From a virus, in IMG/VR virus record IMGVR_UViG_3300045988_055134, positions 1,364 to 65,363 of that record: a stretch of 64,000 nt of DNA; one strand, written 5' to 3'. Made by a program: the position numbers and the translations under genes. Below the pieces are notes generated by a model. That model was not told where the DNA came from, searched no databases, and saw only the letters and a program-made list of their open reading frames with translations. Shown here piece after piece: positions 47,289 to 58,430 of the stretch. The stretch's first letter is position 1; each line of letters starts with the position of its first letter.

Positions 47289-47325
47289 ATATATAGAAAA
47301 GTAATAAAGAAAGGAGCGTAATATT

Positions 47326-47856
47326 ATGGCAAAGCACATGGTCAAATGTTTATATTGTGGCAAAATGTTTGACGCTAATATGGAGCCATTTGTGAAACCA
47401 AATCCTAGACGTTACGCTCATGAGTCGTGCGCGAAAGCAGCAGAAGAAAATCAAAATCAAGAAGAGAAAGATAAGAAAGAATTAGAAACATATATCAAGA
47501 GCTTATTTGGAATTAACAGTATCTCCGTTAAAATTAGAAAACAGATGGAGACCTTTAGAAAGGATAATAATTATACCTATTCTGGCATGAGAAAGACGTT
47601 AAAGTATTTCTTTGAGATACGAGGAAACTCGATCGAAAAGGCTAATGGTGGTATTGGTATTATCCCATATGTCTATGATGAAGCGTTCAATTATTGGAGA
47701 GCTTTATGGGAAGCTAAGCAACGCAATCAAGGAATAGAAATTCAGAAATATAATTTGCCAGTAAGAGAAGTTCACATTGTTCCTCCTAAGCGAGAACCGA
47801 TGAAGCATACGCGGCAATTATTTACATTCTTAGATGAACAGGAGGAAGATACATGA
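47326..47856 (+). CDS. hypothetical protein with N-terminal zinc ribbon
   Basis: AAGGAG RBS. Confidence 0.5.
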   Translation: MAKHMVKCLYCGKMFDANMEPFVKPNPRRYAHESCAKAAEENQNQEEKDKKELETYIKSLFGINSISVKIRKQMETFRKDNNYTYSGMRKTLKYFFEIRGNSIEKANGGIGIIPYVYDEAFNYWRALWEAKQRNQGIEIQKYNLPVREVHIVPPKREPMKHTRQLFTFLDEQEEDT

Positions 47857-49397
47857 ATAGTAGCTTTGTTGATACTGCTGCTATCACTCAAATCATTGGA
47901 TGTGTCTTTAATAATGCCGCAATTCTCGATGATACAGATAAGTATATAATCCACGAAGATGACTTTGTAGAGAACTTCCACAAGATTGTATTCGGTAGTA
48001 TGTATAATATTCATCAGACAGGAAGCCAGGTGAATATTGATGCAATTATTGATTATCTCGCAAATCGACCGAAATTTGATGCTATCTTTAAGCAGAATAA
48101 AGGCGTTGAATATCTTCTAGAAGCATCCCAGAATGCTCGACAGGATACTTTCAATTACTATTATGGCAGAATGAAGAAATTTTCATTGCTGCGAGCATAT
48201 GATAGCTATGGTGTAAATGTAAGCGAGCTTTACGATCCAGATAATCTACTCGATACTAAGAAGCGCCAACGACAAGAGGATTGGCTTGATGCAACTTCAT
48301 TAACTGATATAGCCAATACTATTGATAAGCGTATTGATGAAATCAAAAGCAAATATATCGAAGATGATTTAGGCTTGGGATACCAGGCGGGCGACGGTAT
48401 TATAGATTTGATCGAGCGTTTGGAAGAGCATCCTGAGGTTGGTATTCCTCTTTACGGACCACTTATCAACACGGTAACAAGAGGTGCAAGATTAAAGAAG
48501 TTTTATTTACGATCTGCGGCCACTGGCATTGGTAAGACACGAAGTCTAATCGCGGATGCCTGTAACTTTGCTTGTAATAGAATTTATCACGAACAATTTG
48601 GTTGGATAAAAAATGGCGCGTCACAGCCTACTTTATTTATTGCAACAGAGCAAGATAAAGAAGAGGTTCAAACTATGATGTTAGCTTTTCTTTCTTCTGT
48701 TAATGAGGATCATATCTTGAATGGTCAGTATCTTGAAGGAGAAAGAGAACGCGTAGTAGAAGCTGGTAAGATTATCCAAGAAAGTCCAATTTGGGTTGAA
48801 GAATTGCCGGATTTCTCGTTACAGGATGTTGAAAACAAGATTAAGAAGAATATTCGCGAGCATGATGTGAAATACGTCTTGTTTGATTATATTCAGACCT
48901 CGCTAAAAATTCTAGAAGAAATTTCACGAAGAAGTGGCGGAGTTCGATTAAGAGAAGATAATATCTTGTTTATGTTATCTGCTCGACTAAAAGATTTGGC
49001 GAATAAATATGGTATCTTTATTATGTCAGCTACTCAGCTAAATGGTGATTATAAAGATAGTGAAACTCCAGATCAGAACTTGCTGCGCGGTGCTAAAAGT
49101 ATCGCAGATAGAATTGACGTAGGCATGATTTTGTTAGGTGTATCAGAGGAAGACTTGGTAAAGCTAGAACCTATTTTGGAAGCAAATCCAAATCTTCAAA
49201 GACCAAATGTTAAAATGTCAGTATATAAAAATAGACGAGGAGCCTATAAAGGAGTATTCCTATGGTGCACCGCAGACTTAGGCACTTGTCGTATTCATCC
49301 TCAGTTCTGTACCACTTGGCATCATGAGATGGTAGGTATCGAGGATCTGCGGGTTATTATAGATGACGAACCCAGCGCATGGGATAATAAAAATTAA
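47853..49397 (+). CDS. DnaB-like replicative helicase
   Basis: SAATGIGKT Walker A; DnaB-like N-terminal domain. Confidence 0.75.
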   Translation: MNSSFVDTAAITQIIGCVFNNAAILDDTDKYIIHEDDFVENFHKIVFGSMYNIHQTGSQVNIDAIIDYLANRPKFDAIFKQNKGVEYLLEASQNARQDTFNYYYGRMKKFSLLRAYDSYGVNVSELYDPDNLLDTKKRQRQEDWLDATSLTDIANTIDKRIDEIKSKYIEDDLGLGYQAGDGIIDLIERLEEHPEVGIPLYGPLINTVTRGARLKKFYLRSAATGIGKTRSLIADACNFACNRIYHEQFGWIKNGASQPTLFIATEQDKEEVQTMMLAFLSSVNEDHILNGQYLEGERERVVEAGKIIQESPIWVEELPDFSLQDVENKIKKNIREHDVKYVLFDYIQTSLKILEEISRRSGGVRLREDNILFMLSARLKDLANKYGIFIMSATQLNGDYKDSETPDQNLLRGAKSIADRIDVGMILLGVSEEDLVKLEPILEANPNLQRPNVKMSVYKNRRGAYKGVFLWCTADLGTCRIHPQFCTTWHHEMVGIEDLRVIIDDEPSAWDNKN

Positions 49398-49409
49398 GGA
49401 GAGAAAACT

Positions 49410-49571
49410 ATGAAGATCGGTTATCAGATGAATAAGAAGCAGTTTGACGCACTTGTTGCAACTCGTAAGGGCGCAGACGCAAAGAAGAATCCGTATCAGT
49501 ATGTCATGGAGATTATCAACACATCTTATGGTCTGCGTGGCACTGTAACTCGTCTTTCTATTGTAGACTGA
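49410..49571 (+). CDS. 53-aa hypothetical protein
   Basis: AAGGAGAG RBS. Confidence 0.45.
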   Translation: MKIGYQMNKKQFDALVATRKGADAKKNPYQYVMEIINTSYGLRGTVTRLSIVD

Positions 49572-50677
49572 TGTCGCGTTACTATGATAAAGACGAGCTA
49601 AAGGAGAAACTTGAACTTGAGCAGATATATGATTTAATTGAAGCCTGGGGAGGTGAGCCTGAATATACAGATGGCGGGCTTATCTCCCAAACTATCTGTC
49701 ATAATCTGCCGGGAGAGGGTTCTCGCAAGCTCTATTATTACACAAATACAAGATTGTTCAGATGTTACACTGGGTGTGTAGATCCTACCTTCGATATTTT
49801 TGATTTGTGTATTAAGGTAATGAAAAATCAAAAGGACTTGAAGTGGGAGATGTATGATGCAATGGATTATATTGCATCATACTTTGGCTTTGACGGCGTA
49901 GAACAACGAGATGACGAACAGCCAGAACTGAAAGATTGGGAAGTGTTTAAGCGACATAATTTGCGGATGGCAGAGAAAAAATCTACCAATCAGCTAAAAG
50001 AATATGATCCAATTATTCTTAGTCGTTTCGCCTATCCAAGAATAGAAAGTTGGGAACGAGAAGGAATTAGCGATGAGGTGAGTAAGAAGAATCTCATTGG
50101 CTACTATCCTGGCGGTGAGCAGATCACAATCCCGCATTTCGACATTAATAATCGTTTAATTGGCATCAGAGGTCGTTCATTAGCAGAAGATGAAGCTGAA
50201 CGATATGGCAAGTATAGACCTCTATTGATTGGCAAGAAGCTGTATAATCACCCTCTTAGTATGAATCTATATAATCTCAACAATAGCAAAGATAATATTG
50301 CTAAGATGCACGCAGCAGTTATCTTCGAGTCTGAGAAGTCTTGCCTTATGTATCAGTCTTATTATGGTCATGAAAATGATATTTCTGTGGCAATTTGCGG
50401 AAGTAGCTTATCAAGCTATCAAGTTGATTTATTAAAGCAGGTTGGAGCGAGAGATATTGTAATTGCTCTTGATCGACAATTCCAAGAAATTGGAGATGAT
50501 GAGTTTAAGCGATTAAAAGCTAAATTAATTCATTTCTACAACAAGTATAATAACTCTATTAGAGTAACCGCTATATTCGATAAAGCTATGATTTCTCCTT
50601 ATAAGGCAAGTCCGATAGATGAAGGTCCGGAAGTCTTTGAGAAGCTATTAGCTTCGCGAATTATTCCTAAAAACTAA
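49571..50677 (+). CDS. DnaG-like DNA primase (CHC2 zinc finger plus Toprim)
   Basis: CHNLPGEG...CYTGC zinc finger; FESEKS; DIVIALDRQ. Confidence 0.75.
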   Translation: MSRYYDKDELKEKLELEQIYDLIEAWGGEPEYTDGGLISQTICHNLPGEGSRKLYYYTNTRLFRCYTGCVDPTFDIFDLCIKVMKNQKDLKWEMYDAMDYIASYFGFDGVEQRDDEQPELKDWEVFKRHNLRMAEKKSTNQLKEYDPIILSRFAYPRIESWEREGISDEVSKKNLIGYYPGGEQITIPHFDINNRLIGIRGRSLAEDEAERYGKYRPLLIGKKLYNHPLSMNLYNLNNSKDNIAKMHAAVIFESEKSCLMYQSYYGHENDISVAICGSSLSSYQVDLLKQVGARDIVIALDRQFQEIGDDEFKRLKAKLIHFYNKYNNSIRVTAIFDKAMISPYKASPIDEGPEVFEKLLASRIIPKN

Positions 50678-50688
50678 GGAGGTTAATC

Positions 50689-52437
50689 ATGGATTATCAA
50701 TTAATCAAGCCTATTCAAGAAAACTATTCAGCGATTGAATAGGTTCTTACTAATCGAGGTATTAAGTTTGAAGACATCGCTCATTATCTTAATGTAACAG
50801 AGGAAGATAACTTATCTCCACTGCTATTAGACAATATAGAACAAGCCGCTAAGATGCTGTTTAACCAGTTACATAAAGACGGTTTCCATATTCATGTGCA
50901 AGTAGATAGTGATTGCGATGGTTATACTTCAGCAGCCTTACTATTGAATTACATTCATGCAATTATTCCATCTGCTATTGAGCATATCTCTTATAGTTTC
51001 CATAATGGCAAAATGCACGGAATTAATCCAGCTCTTATTCCATCAGAAACAACGCTGGTGATTGCTCCAGACTCGAGTTCAAACGATTATGATATTCATA
51101 AGATGTTGCATAATAAAGGAGTTGAAGTTCTTGTACTGGACCACCACCAAGCAGAAAAGATTTCTGAATATGCGTGTATTGTAAATAATCAGTTATGTGA
51201 TTATCCAACCAAATCATTATCTGGTGTTGGTGTTGTGTATAAGTTATGCCAGTTTATTGATTCTTTACTCCCAGCCAGTGAGCAAAAGGCAAATCAATTC
51301 TTAGATATGGTTGCAGTTGGTCTCGTTGGAGATATGATGGATTTACGAGATTTTGAAACCCATTATCTTGTTCAAACTGGTTTAAGTCAGCTTCAAAATC
51401 CTTTTATCAAGGGTATGGCAGAAAAAAACCATTATCAATTAGGTGACAATCCCACTCCAATAGGCGTAGCGTTCTACATTGTTCCTTTAATCAACTCGAT
51501 TACACGAGTAGGTACGTTAGAAGAAAAGACTTTATTATTCGAATCTATGTTGAATTGGAAAGCCTTTGACCTGGTGCCCTCCACTAAACGAGGATGCGCT
51601 GGCCAGCAAGAGACAAGATTAGATCAAAGTTTGCGGACTTGCACTAATGTCAAAAACCGCCAGACTAGAAACCAAGATGCTGCGGTTGAATAGGTTAAAA
51701 GTATTATCAAAGAAAATAATCTTTTAGATCATAAAATCTTACTTGTTAAGTTAGAACATCCGTCTTTTGATAGAGGTATTACTGGTCTAATTGCTAACAA
51801 GCTAATGGCAGAATATCAGCGTCCTGTTGCTCTACTTGTTGAAGTAGACGAAGATGGTAAAAAGGCTTGGAGTGGTTCTGCACGAGGATATGAGAAATCT
51901 AAGCTCAATGATTTTAGAGGTTTCTGCCGAGATAGTGGTTTGATTTATCTCGCGGAAGGACATCCTAATGCGTTTGGCTTTGGTATCTTAGATGAAAATT
52001 TTGATGCTTTTGTTGAGTACGCAGATACAACTCTTAAAGATATTGAGTTCTCACCTAGTTACAAGGTAGACTTTATTCATTCAGCCAATGACGTTAGACC
52101 TAAAGAAATCTTAGAACTAGGTAATATGAAGAATCTTTGGGGACAGAATGTAGATGAGCCGCTTATCGCGGTAGAACATTTATCTATCACTAAAGATATG
52201 ATTACCTTAATGTCTAGAGATCGAAATCCCACTTTAAAGATACAGTTATCCAATGGAATAACCTGTATCAAGTTTAAGTCTAGCGAAGAAGAACTAGAAA
52301 GTTTGTTTAGCGAGAATGGTTGTGTTACGATTAATCTCGTTGGCAAGGCGGAGGTAAACAAGTATTTCAATAGCGTGACACCACAGCTAATTATTCAGAA
52401 CTATGAAATCATAAATCGTCAAGAGTATTTCTTTTAA
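50689..52437 (+). CDS. RecJ-like DHH/DHHA1 phosphoesterase-exonuclease with two in-frame TAG codons (50740, 51691)
   Basis: AAGGAGG RBS; ORFs 50854-51693 and 51805-52437 are joined in frame across the TAGs; DHH motif VLDHHQ. Confidence 0.7.
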
Positions 52438-52529
52438 ATAGATTGAGGAAACTGCGGACTGGCCGGAGCCTAGACGATCGTCCGCAGAAACCAAAATAGG
52501 GTTTACTATTTTTTGAAAGGAAAAGCGGT

Positions 52530-52739
52530 ATGAATATTTTATATGTAGATTTGACTAGCATGAATACTTCAAAAGCGGAACAGATACATAAGCAACTCTC
52601 ACATGAACTAAATGGTGATTTGATTACATTGCCGATGAATACTAGATTACTCTATGATGTGAAATTGGAAGATCTGTATAATTTAAAAGCTAAAGTAGAT
52701 GCAGCGATTAAGGAGAAGGAAAATGGAACTAACACGTAA
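52530..52739 (+). CDS. hypothetical protein
   Basis: ORF of 69 aa. Confidence 0.45.
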   Translation: MNILYVDLTSMNTSKAEQIHKQLSHELNGDLITLPMNTRLLYDVKLEDLYNLKAKVDAAIKEKENGTNT

Positions 52740-53880
52740 GCAAGAGCAAGGACTCAAGATTGCTATTGATAGATACCATAACGGAGAAGCATATACTGTA
52801 ATTAGTGGTTACGCAGGAACAGGTAAATCTACTCTTATCAAGTTTATTATCTCCGCTCTCGATATTGACCCCGAAAGAGTTGGATATATCGCTTATACTG
52901 GCAAAGCTGCACAGGTACTAAGAAATAAAGGTTGTCCCACTGCTATGACCGCACATAGACTCTTATATAAATCTGTCCCGCGCGCAGATGGCAGCTTTAT
53001 TCATATCCCTAAAGACAGTATTTCTGATTATGATATTATCGTAGTTGATGAGGTATCTATGCTACCTAAGCTTATGTGGAATTTGCTGCTGTCGCATGGC
53101 ATTTATGTAATTGCTTGCGGCGATCCTGGTCAGCTACCGCCTATTGGCGAAGAAAATGGCATTCTTGAACATCCGCATATTTTTCTCGATGAAATTATGC
53201 GTCAGGCTGCGGAAAGCGAGATTATTCGTCTGTCCGCGGACATTCGAGAGGGTAAACTTATCAAGCCTTATAAGGGTACTGAAATCAATATTGTGCGTCA
53301 TAGAGAAATGTGTGATGGCATGTTTACATGGGCAGATCAGATTCTTTGCGGGAAAAATATTACTCGTCATACATTAAATAATTATTACCGCAATATGCGC
53401 TATGGTGAAGACATTCCTAATCCTATTGTTGGAGATAAAGTTATTTGTCTTAAAAACAACTGGGATAAGATTACTGAGACTGGAGACGCTCTTGTCAATG
53501 GCACTATTGGCACTATTGATAAGATTGCTACCGCCCCAAATAAGTGGCTTAATCCTATGTGCTTAATTGATTTTACTCCTGAGACGATTGATAATGCTGA
53601 TAAAAGAGATCAGACATTTCATGACCTCTTGATGGATTGGAAACTTATTACCACCAAAGAAACAACAGTAAATCGAGAAAACTTTCGACTGTTTCCTAAG
53701 CAGTTGCGGCCGGAGCAGTTTGATTATGGCTATTGTATCACGACTCATAAATCCCAAGGTAGCGAGTATGATAAGGTATTAGTAGTCGAGGAAGTATTAA
53801 GACAAGCAGATCATGCTCGGTGGCTTTACACAGCTTGTACTCGTGCGGCACAGAAATTAACTTTGGTGTTAAAAGATTGA
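52723..53880 (+). CDS. Dda/RecD-like SF1B DNA helicase
   Basis: GYAGTGKST, VVDEVSM, TTHKSQGSE motifs. Confidence 0.75.
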   Translation: MELTRKQEQGLKIAIDRYHNGEAYTVISGYAGTGKSTLIKFIISALDIDPERVGYIAYTGKAAQVLRNKGCPTAMTAHRLLYKSVPRADGSFIHIPKDSISDYDIIVVDEVSMLPKLMWNLLLSHGIYVIACGDPGQLPPIGEENGILEHPHIFLDEIMRQAAESEIIRLSADIREGKLIKPYKGTEINIVRHREMCDGMFTWADQILCGKNITRHTLNNYYRNMRYGEDIPNPIVGDKVICLKNNWDKITETGDALVNGTIGTIDKIATAPNKWLNPMCLIDFTPETIDNADKRDQTFHDLLMDWKLITTKETTVNRENFRLFPKQLRPEQFDYGYCITTHKSQGSEYDKVLVVEEVLRQADHARWLYTACTRAAQKLTLVLKD

Positions 53881-53904
53881 TGAATTGCTTTTTATTATAA
53901 AATA

Positions 53905-53913
53905 TGATATAAT
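53905..53913 (+). promoter_or_regulatory. extended -10 element TGATATAAT
   Basis: Promoter family member. Confidence 0.5.
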
Positions 53914-53942
53914 TATTATAGAAAGATTAAAGGAGGAAGTGT

Positions 53943-56900
53943 ATGAGTTATTTTAACAACCATGCTCATACTGAGTATAGTAATTTGCGCCTTCTCGATT
54001 GTATCAATCATCCAGAAGAGTTGATTGATAAGGCTATTGAGCTTGGTTTGACTGGTATTGCCATCACAGATCACGAATCCTTAAGTTCGCATATGCGAGT
54101 AAATAAGTATGCAAAGAAACTTCAGGAAACTCATCCTGAGTTTACTGTAGCATTGGGTAATGAGATTTATCTTACCGATACTCGAGATATGGGACAAAAG
54201 TATTATCACTTTATTTTGCTTGCAAAGAACGAGCATGGATACAGAGGTCTTAAAGAGCTATCTTCTATTGCGTGGACTAATAGTTACTATGATCGTGGTA
54301 TGGAACGAGTTCCGCTTTTGAAATCAGAATTACAGGAAGTTATGCAGAGATTTAAGGGAGATATTATCGGCACGACTGCATGTATCGGTGGTGAATTAGG
54401 TAGTTCTATTCTTAATCTCGATGCTCGCGAAAAAGCTAATGATACTGACAACGCGTATCGTTACCATAGACAGATTATTGACTTTATGGAATTTTGTATT
54501 GGCGTTTTTGGCAAGGACGATTTCTATGTTGAGTGCGCTCCTGCAAGCAACAATGATCAGATTACTGCAAATAAGAGAATGCTCAAAATTGCTCAAGCAT
54601 TTGATGTAAAGATGTGCGTTGGTACGGATGCTCATTATCTAACTAAAGAAGATAGATATGTTCACAAGTCTTATCTTAATTCTAAGGGTGGTGAGCGAGA
54701 AGTTGATTCATTCTATGAATTCACATATCTTATGACTGAGCAAGAGACAACTGATTTACTTTTGTCTAGCTTTGACTTAAATACAGTTTACTCTATCTAT
54801 GACAATTCTAATGAGATCAAGGATAAGATTGAGTTTTATTCTCTTGAGAAGCATCAGTCTGTCCCAGAAGTAGCAGTAACTCATTATAATCGCAGCGACT
54901 GGTCTCGCGTTCCCGCGGATATGATGGATACTTTCCGTGATGATTATAAGGTACTAACTTCCTTGATTGAGTCTGATAATGAGCAAGAGAAATATTGGAT
55001 TCAGGAGTGCATCATTGCAATGCAGGAGAAAGGTCTTATCCACAAGAAAGAGTATTGGGAAAGACTCGAAGAAGAAGCAAGAGTAAAGAGAGTTATTGGT
55101 GAGAAGTTGCAGACTTGTATGTTCGCATATCCTAATACATTGAAGCACTATGTAGATTTGTTCTGGAATTGCGGCAGTACAGTCGGCGCAGGTCGTGGTT
55201 CTGCGTGTGCAGCTTTAAATCATTATCTCCTTGGTATTACTCAGCTTGACCCCCTTGAATGGGACTTACCTTTCTGGCGTTACATTAATGATGAACGTGT
55301 TGAGTTAGGTGATATTGATCTTGACTTGGCGCCGTCTAAAATTCAGAAGATTTTTGCCGAAATCCGCAAGGAAAGAGGAGAACTTGGTCTTATTCAGGTT
55401 TGCACTTTCGGTACAGAGGGCACAAAATCTGCAATCTTGACTGCGTGTAGAGGTTATCGTTCTGAGGAATATCCCGACGGCATTGATGTTGATGAAGCCC
55501 AGTATTTAAGTTCTTTGATTCCTCAAGAGCGTGGTTTCCTGTGGCCGATTGAAGATGTTGTAAATGGTAATCAAGAGAAAGGCAGAAAGCCTGTTAAAGC
55601 ATTTGTAACCGCGGTTTCGCAGTATGAAGGCTTGCTTGATATTATTATTCGTATTCAAGGCATGGTTAATAAAAGAAGTAGTCACGCTTCTGGTGTTATC
55701 CTTTTTGATGAAAACATCTATGACTCTGCCGCGGTTATGCGAACTCCTAAGGGCGCGTTAATTACACAGTGGGATCTGCATGACCAAGAGGCTGCAGGTT
55801 CTGTAAAGTATGACTTCCTGCTAACAAGTGTACAGGACATTATCATTCAGACTATTGAGCTGCTTCAAGCAGATAAAGTTATTGAGCAAAACTTAACTCT
55901 TAGAGAGGTCTATAATAAGTATCTGCATCCATCTATTTTGCCGCAAGATGATGAAGCTATGTGGAACGCTCTGGCTAACAATGATGTAATTGGTTGTTTT
56001 CAGTTTGATAGCGCAGTTGGCGCACAGGCAGCTAAGAAAATCCGTCCGCATAATCCGTTAGAGATGGCGGATGCCAATGGTTTGATGCGTCTTATGGCTT
56101 CTGAGCCGGGCGCGGAAACTCCGATGGAAAAGTATGTTCGTTATAAGCATGATATTTCTCTTTGGTATAAAGAGATGGACAATAATGGCTTGACTAAGCA
56201 AGAACAGAAAACTTTGGAACCTTACTTCTTATCTTCTTATGGCGTACCTCCTTCTCAGGAGCAGCTAATGAAGATGTTGCGGGATCCAGATATTTGTAAC
56301 TTTAGTCTGGCTGAAGCGAATGCCGCGAGAAAGATTGTTGGTAAGAAACAGATGCATAAAATTCCAGAGCTTCATCAGAAAGTTTTGGATACGGCGAAAT
56401 CCGAGAAGTTAGGTAAGTACGTCTGGAAGTTTGGTCTCGGTCCGCAGATGGGTTATTCATTCTCCGTCATTCATGCTCTTGCTTATAGCTTCGTTGGTAT
56501 GCAGACTCTTTATCTTGCTACACATTTCAATCCTGTATATTGGAATACAGCATATCTTATCGTTAATAGTGGTGCTATTGATGAAGATGAGAGTGAGCAG
56601 TCAGATTATACAAAGTTAGCAAAGGCGATTGGTGAAATTCGTAACAAGGGTATTAAGGTATCTCTTGTTGATATTAACCATTCTGAGCTTGGCTTTAAAC
56701 CCGATACAGAGAATAATCAGATTTTGTTTGGCTTAAAAGGTTTAACAAATGTCAATAACGATTTGATTAAGACTATTATTGCAAATCGCCCATACGCATC
56801 TATGATAGATTTCTATTATAGAATAGCTCCTAATAAGCAAGCTATGATTGCTCTTATTAAGGGTGGCGCATTTGATCAATTCAAAGACCGCAAGAAGACT

Positions 56901-57833
56901 ATGGTAGAATATTTGTGGTTAACTTGCGACAAGAAGAAGCGATTAACTTTGCAGAATATACCGGGTCTTATTCGTTATGATTTAATTCCAAAGAATGATA
57001 CTTTTGCTTTACCAAAGCGAGTATTTGAGTTTAATAGATATTTAAAGGCTGAATGTAAAGATCCATTTGACCATGAGAGATACCATCTTGATGTAAGAGC
57101 GATTAACTTCTTAACTGAGATTGATTGTGAAGGACTCCTTGATGGTGAACTCGAGTCTTGGTATATCAATATTAAGACTTGGGATAAAGTTTATCAGAGT
57201 TATATGGATATTTTTAGAGATTGGATTAAAGAGAATAAGGATAGTATTCTTGATGAGTTGAACTCTCGTATCTTTATGCAAGATTGGGAAAAGTATGCTA
57301 GTGGTAACATCTCGTCTTGGGAAATGGAAGTTCTTTGCTTCTATTATCACGACCATGAATTAAGTAATGTAAATACTACTAAGTATGGTTTAGTTAATTT
57401 CTTTTCTCTTCCTGAAGAACCGGTTATTGAGAAAACTTTCAAGAAGGGTGCATCTCTTATTCCAATTTACAAGCTCAACCGCATTTGCGGAACTTGTATT
57501 GCAAAGAATAAAACCAAGAGTGTTGTATATCTTTTGACAACGACTGGTGTAGTATCTGTTAAGTTTAGACAGGAATATTTTTCACTGTTTGATAGACAGA
57601 CATTCCGCCGAAATAGCGATGGTACTAAGATTGTCATTGAGAAATCTTGGTTTAATCGCGGTAATATGATTGTTGTACAGGGCATCCGTCGTGGTGATGA
57701 ATTTGTAACCAAGAAGTATGCAAGTTCTGGTGGACATCAGTTGTATCATATTGACGAGGTATTAACAGATGGTTCGCTTATTCTTAGAAGTGAGCGAGCA
57801 ACAGGAGAGGAAGAAGATAATGGAGAAAACTAA
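53943..57833 (+). CDS. DNA polymerase III alpha-like (DnaE family) replicative polymerase with N-terminal PHP domain
   Basis: HTEYSNLRLLD...GIAITDHE PHP motifs; length 1296 aa. Confidence 0.8.
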   Translation: MSYFNNHAHTEYSNLRLLDCINHPEELIDKAIELGLTGIAITDHESLSSHMRVNKYAKKLQETHPEFTVALGNEIYLTDTRDMGQKYYHFILLAKNEHGYRGLKELSSIAWTNSYYDRGMERVPLLKSELQEVMQRFKGDIIGTTACIGGELGSSILNLDAREKANDTDNAYRYHRQIIDFMEFCIGVFGKDDFYVECAPASNNDQITANKRMLKIAQAFDVKMCVGTDAHYLTKEDRYVHKSYLNSKGGEREVDSFYEFTYLMTEQETTDLLLSSFDLNTVYSIYDNSNEIKDKIEFYSLEKHQSVPEVAVTHYNRSDWSRVPADMMDTFRDDYKVLTSLIESDNEQEKYWIQECIIAMQEKGLIHKKEYWERLEEEARVKRVIGEKLQTCMFAYPNTLKHYVDLFWNCGSTVGAGRGSACAALNHYLLGITQLDPLEWDLPFWRYINDERVELGDIDLDLAPSKIQKIFAEIRKERGELGLIQVCTFGTEGTKSAILTACRGYRSEEYPDGIDVDEAQYLSSLIPQERGFLWPIEDVVNGNQEKGRKPVKAFVTAVSQYEGLLDIIIRIQGMVNKRSSHASGVILFDENIYDSAAVMRTPKGALITQWDLHDQEAAGSVKYDFLLTSVQDIIIQTIELLQADKVIEQNLTLREVYNKYLHPSILPQDDEAMWNALANNDVIGCFQFDSAVGAQAAKKIRPHNPLEMADANGLMRLMASEPGAETPMEKYVRYKHDISLWYKEMDNNGLTKQEQKTLEPYFLSSYGVPPSQEQLMKMLRDPDICNFSLAEANAARKIVGKKQMHKIPELHQKVLDTAKSEKLGKYVWKFGLGPQMGYSFSVIHALAYSFVGMQTLYLATHFNPVYWNTAYLIVNSGAIDEDESEQSDYTKLAKAIGEIRNKGIKVSLVDINHSELGFKPDTENNQILFGLKGLTNVNNDLIKTIIANRPYASMIDFYYRIAPNKQAMIALIKGGAFDQFKDRKKTMVEYLWLTCDKKKRLTLQNIPGLIRYDLIPKNDTFALPKRVFEFNRYLKAECKDPFDHERYHLDVRAINFLTEIDCEGLLDGELESWYINIKTWDKVYQSYMDIFRDWIKENKDSILDELNSRIFMQDWEKYASGNISSWEMEVLCFYYHDHELSNVNTTKYGLVNFFSLPEEPVIEKTFKKGASLIPIYKLNRICGTCIAKNKTKSVVYLLTTTGVVSVKFRQEYFSLFDRQTFRRNSDGTKIVIEKSWFNRGNMIVVQGIRRGDEFVTKKYASSGGHQLYHIDEVLTDGSLILRSERATGEEEDNGEN

Positions 57834-58374
57834 AATAATTGCTATTTGCGGCAAGGCGGGAAGCGGGAAGGATAGTATCCTTCACGCTCTCGTTAAACGT
57901 TACCCCGATAAATTTAATGAGATCATTAGTTGCACTACTCGTCCTGCACGACAGGGGGAGCGTTATGGCGTTAACTATTATTTCTTGACAGTAGATGAAT
58001 TTACTACTAAGGTATTAAATGGTGATATGCTAGAAGCTACGGAATTTAATGGCTGGCATTATGGCACTGCTTTATCGAGTTTATCAAAAGATAAAGTCAA
58101 CGTTGGTGTCTTTAATCCAGAAGGTATCCGCTGTCTTATGGAGGATGGCCTTATTGACTTAACCGTATATTATGTACAGGCTAGCGATAAAGAACGCTTG
58201 CTTCGTCAGCTTAAAAGAGAACAGGATCCAGACGTTAAAGAAATTATTCGACGTTTTTCCGCAGACGAACAAGATTTTAGCGATCTAACGGATATTGATT
58301 ATCAGGTACTTGCAAACCAAGATATAGGAAACTTTTTTCAAGCTATTGATCTTATCGCTGGGCAGTTTTGTTAA
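57820..58374 (+). CDS. guanylate-kinase-family nucleoside monophosphate kinase
   Basis: GKAGSGKDS...CTTRPARQGE..GVNYYF. Confidence 0.7.
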   Translation: MEKTKIIAICGKAGSGKDSILHALVKRYPDKFNEIISCTTRPARQGERYGVNYYFLTVDEFTTKVLNGDMLEATEFNGWHYGTALSSLSKDKVNVGVFNPEGIRCLMEDGLIDLTVYYVQASDKERLLRQLKREQDPDVKEIIRRFSADEQDFSDLTDIDYQVLANQDIGNFFQAIDLIAGQFC

Positions 58375-58430
58375 ATTTGCCTATCAAAAATACCAAATAT
58401 AGTATCCGTCTAAAAAAATAAATACAAGGG

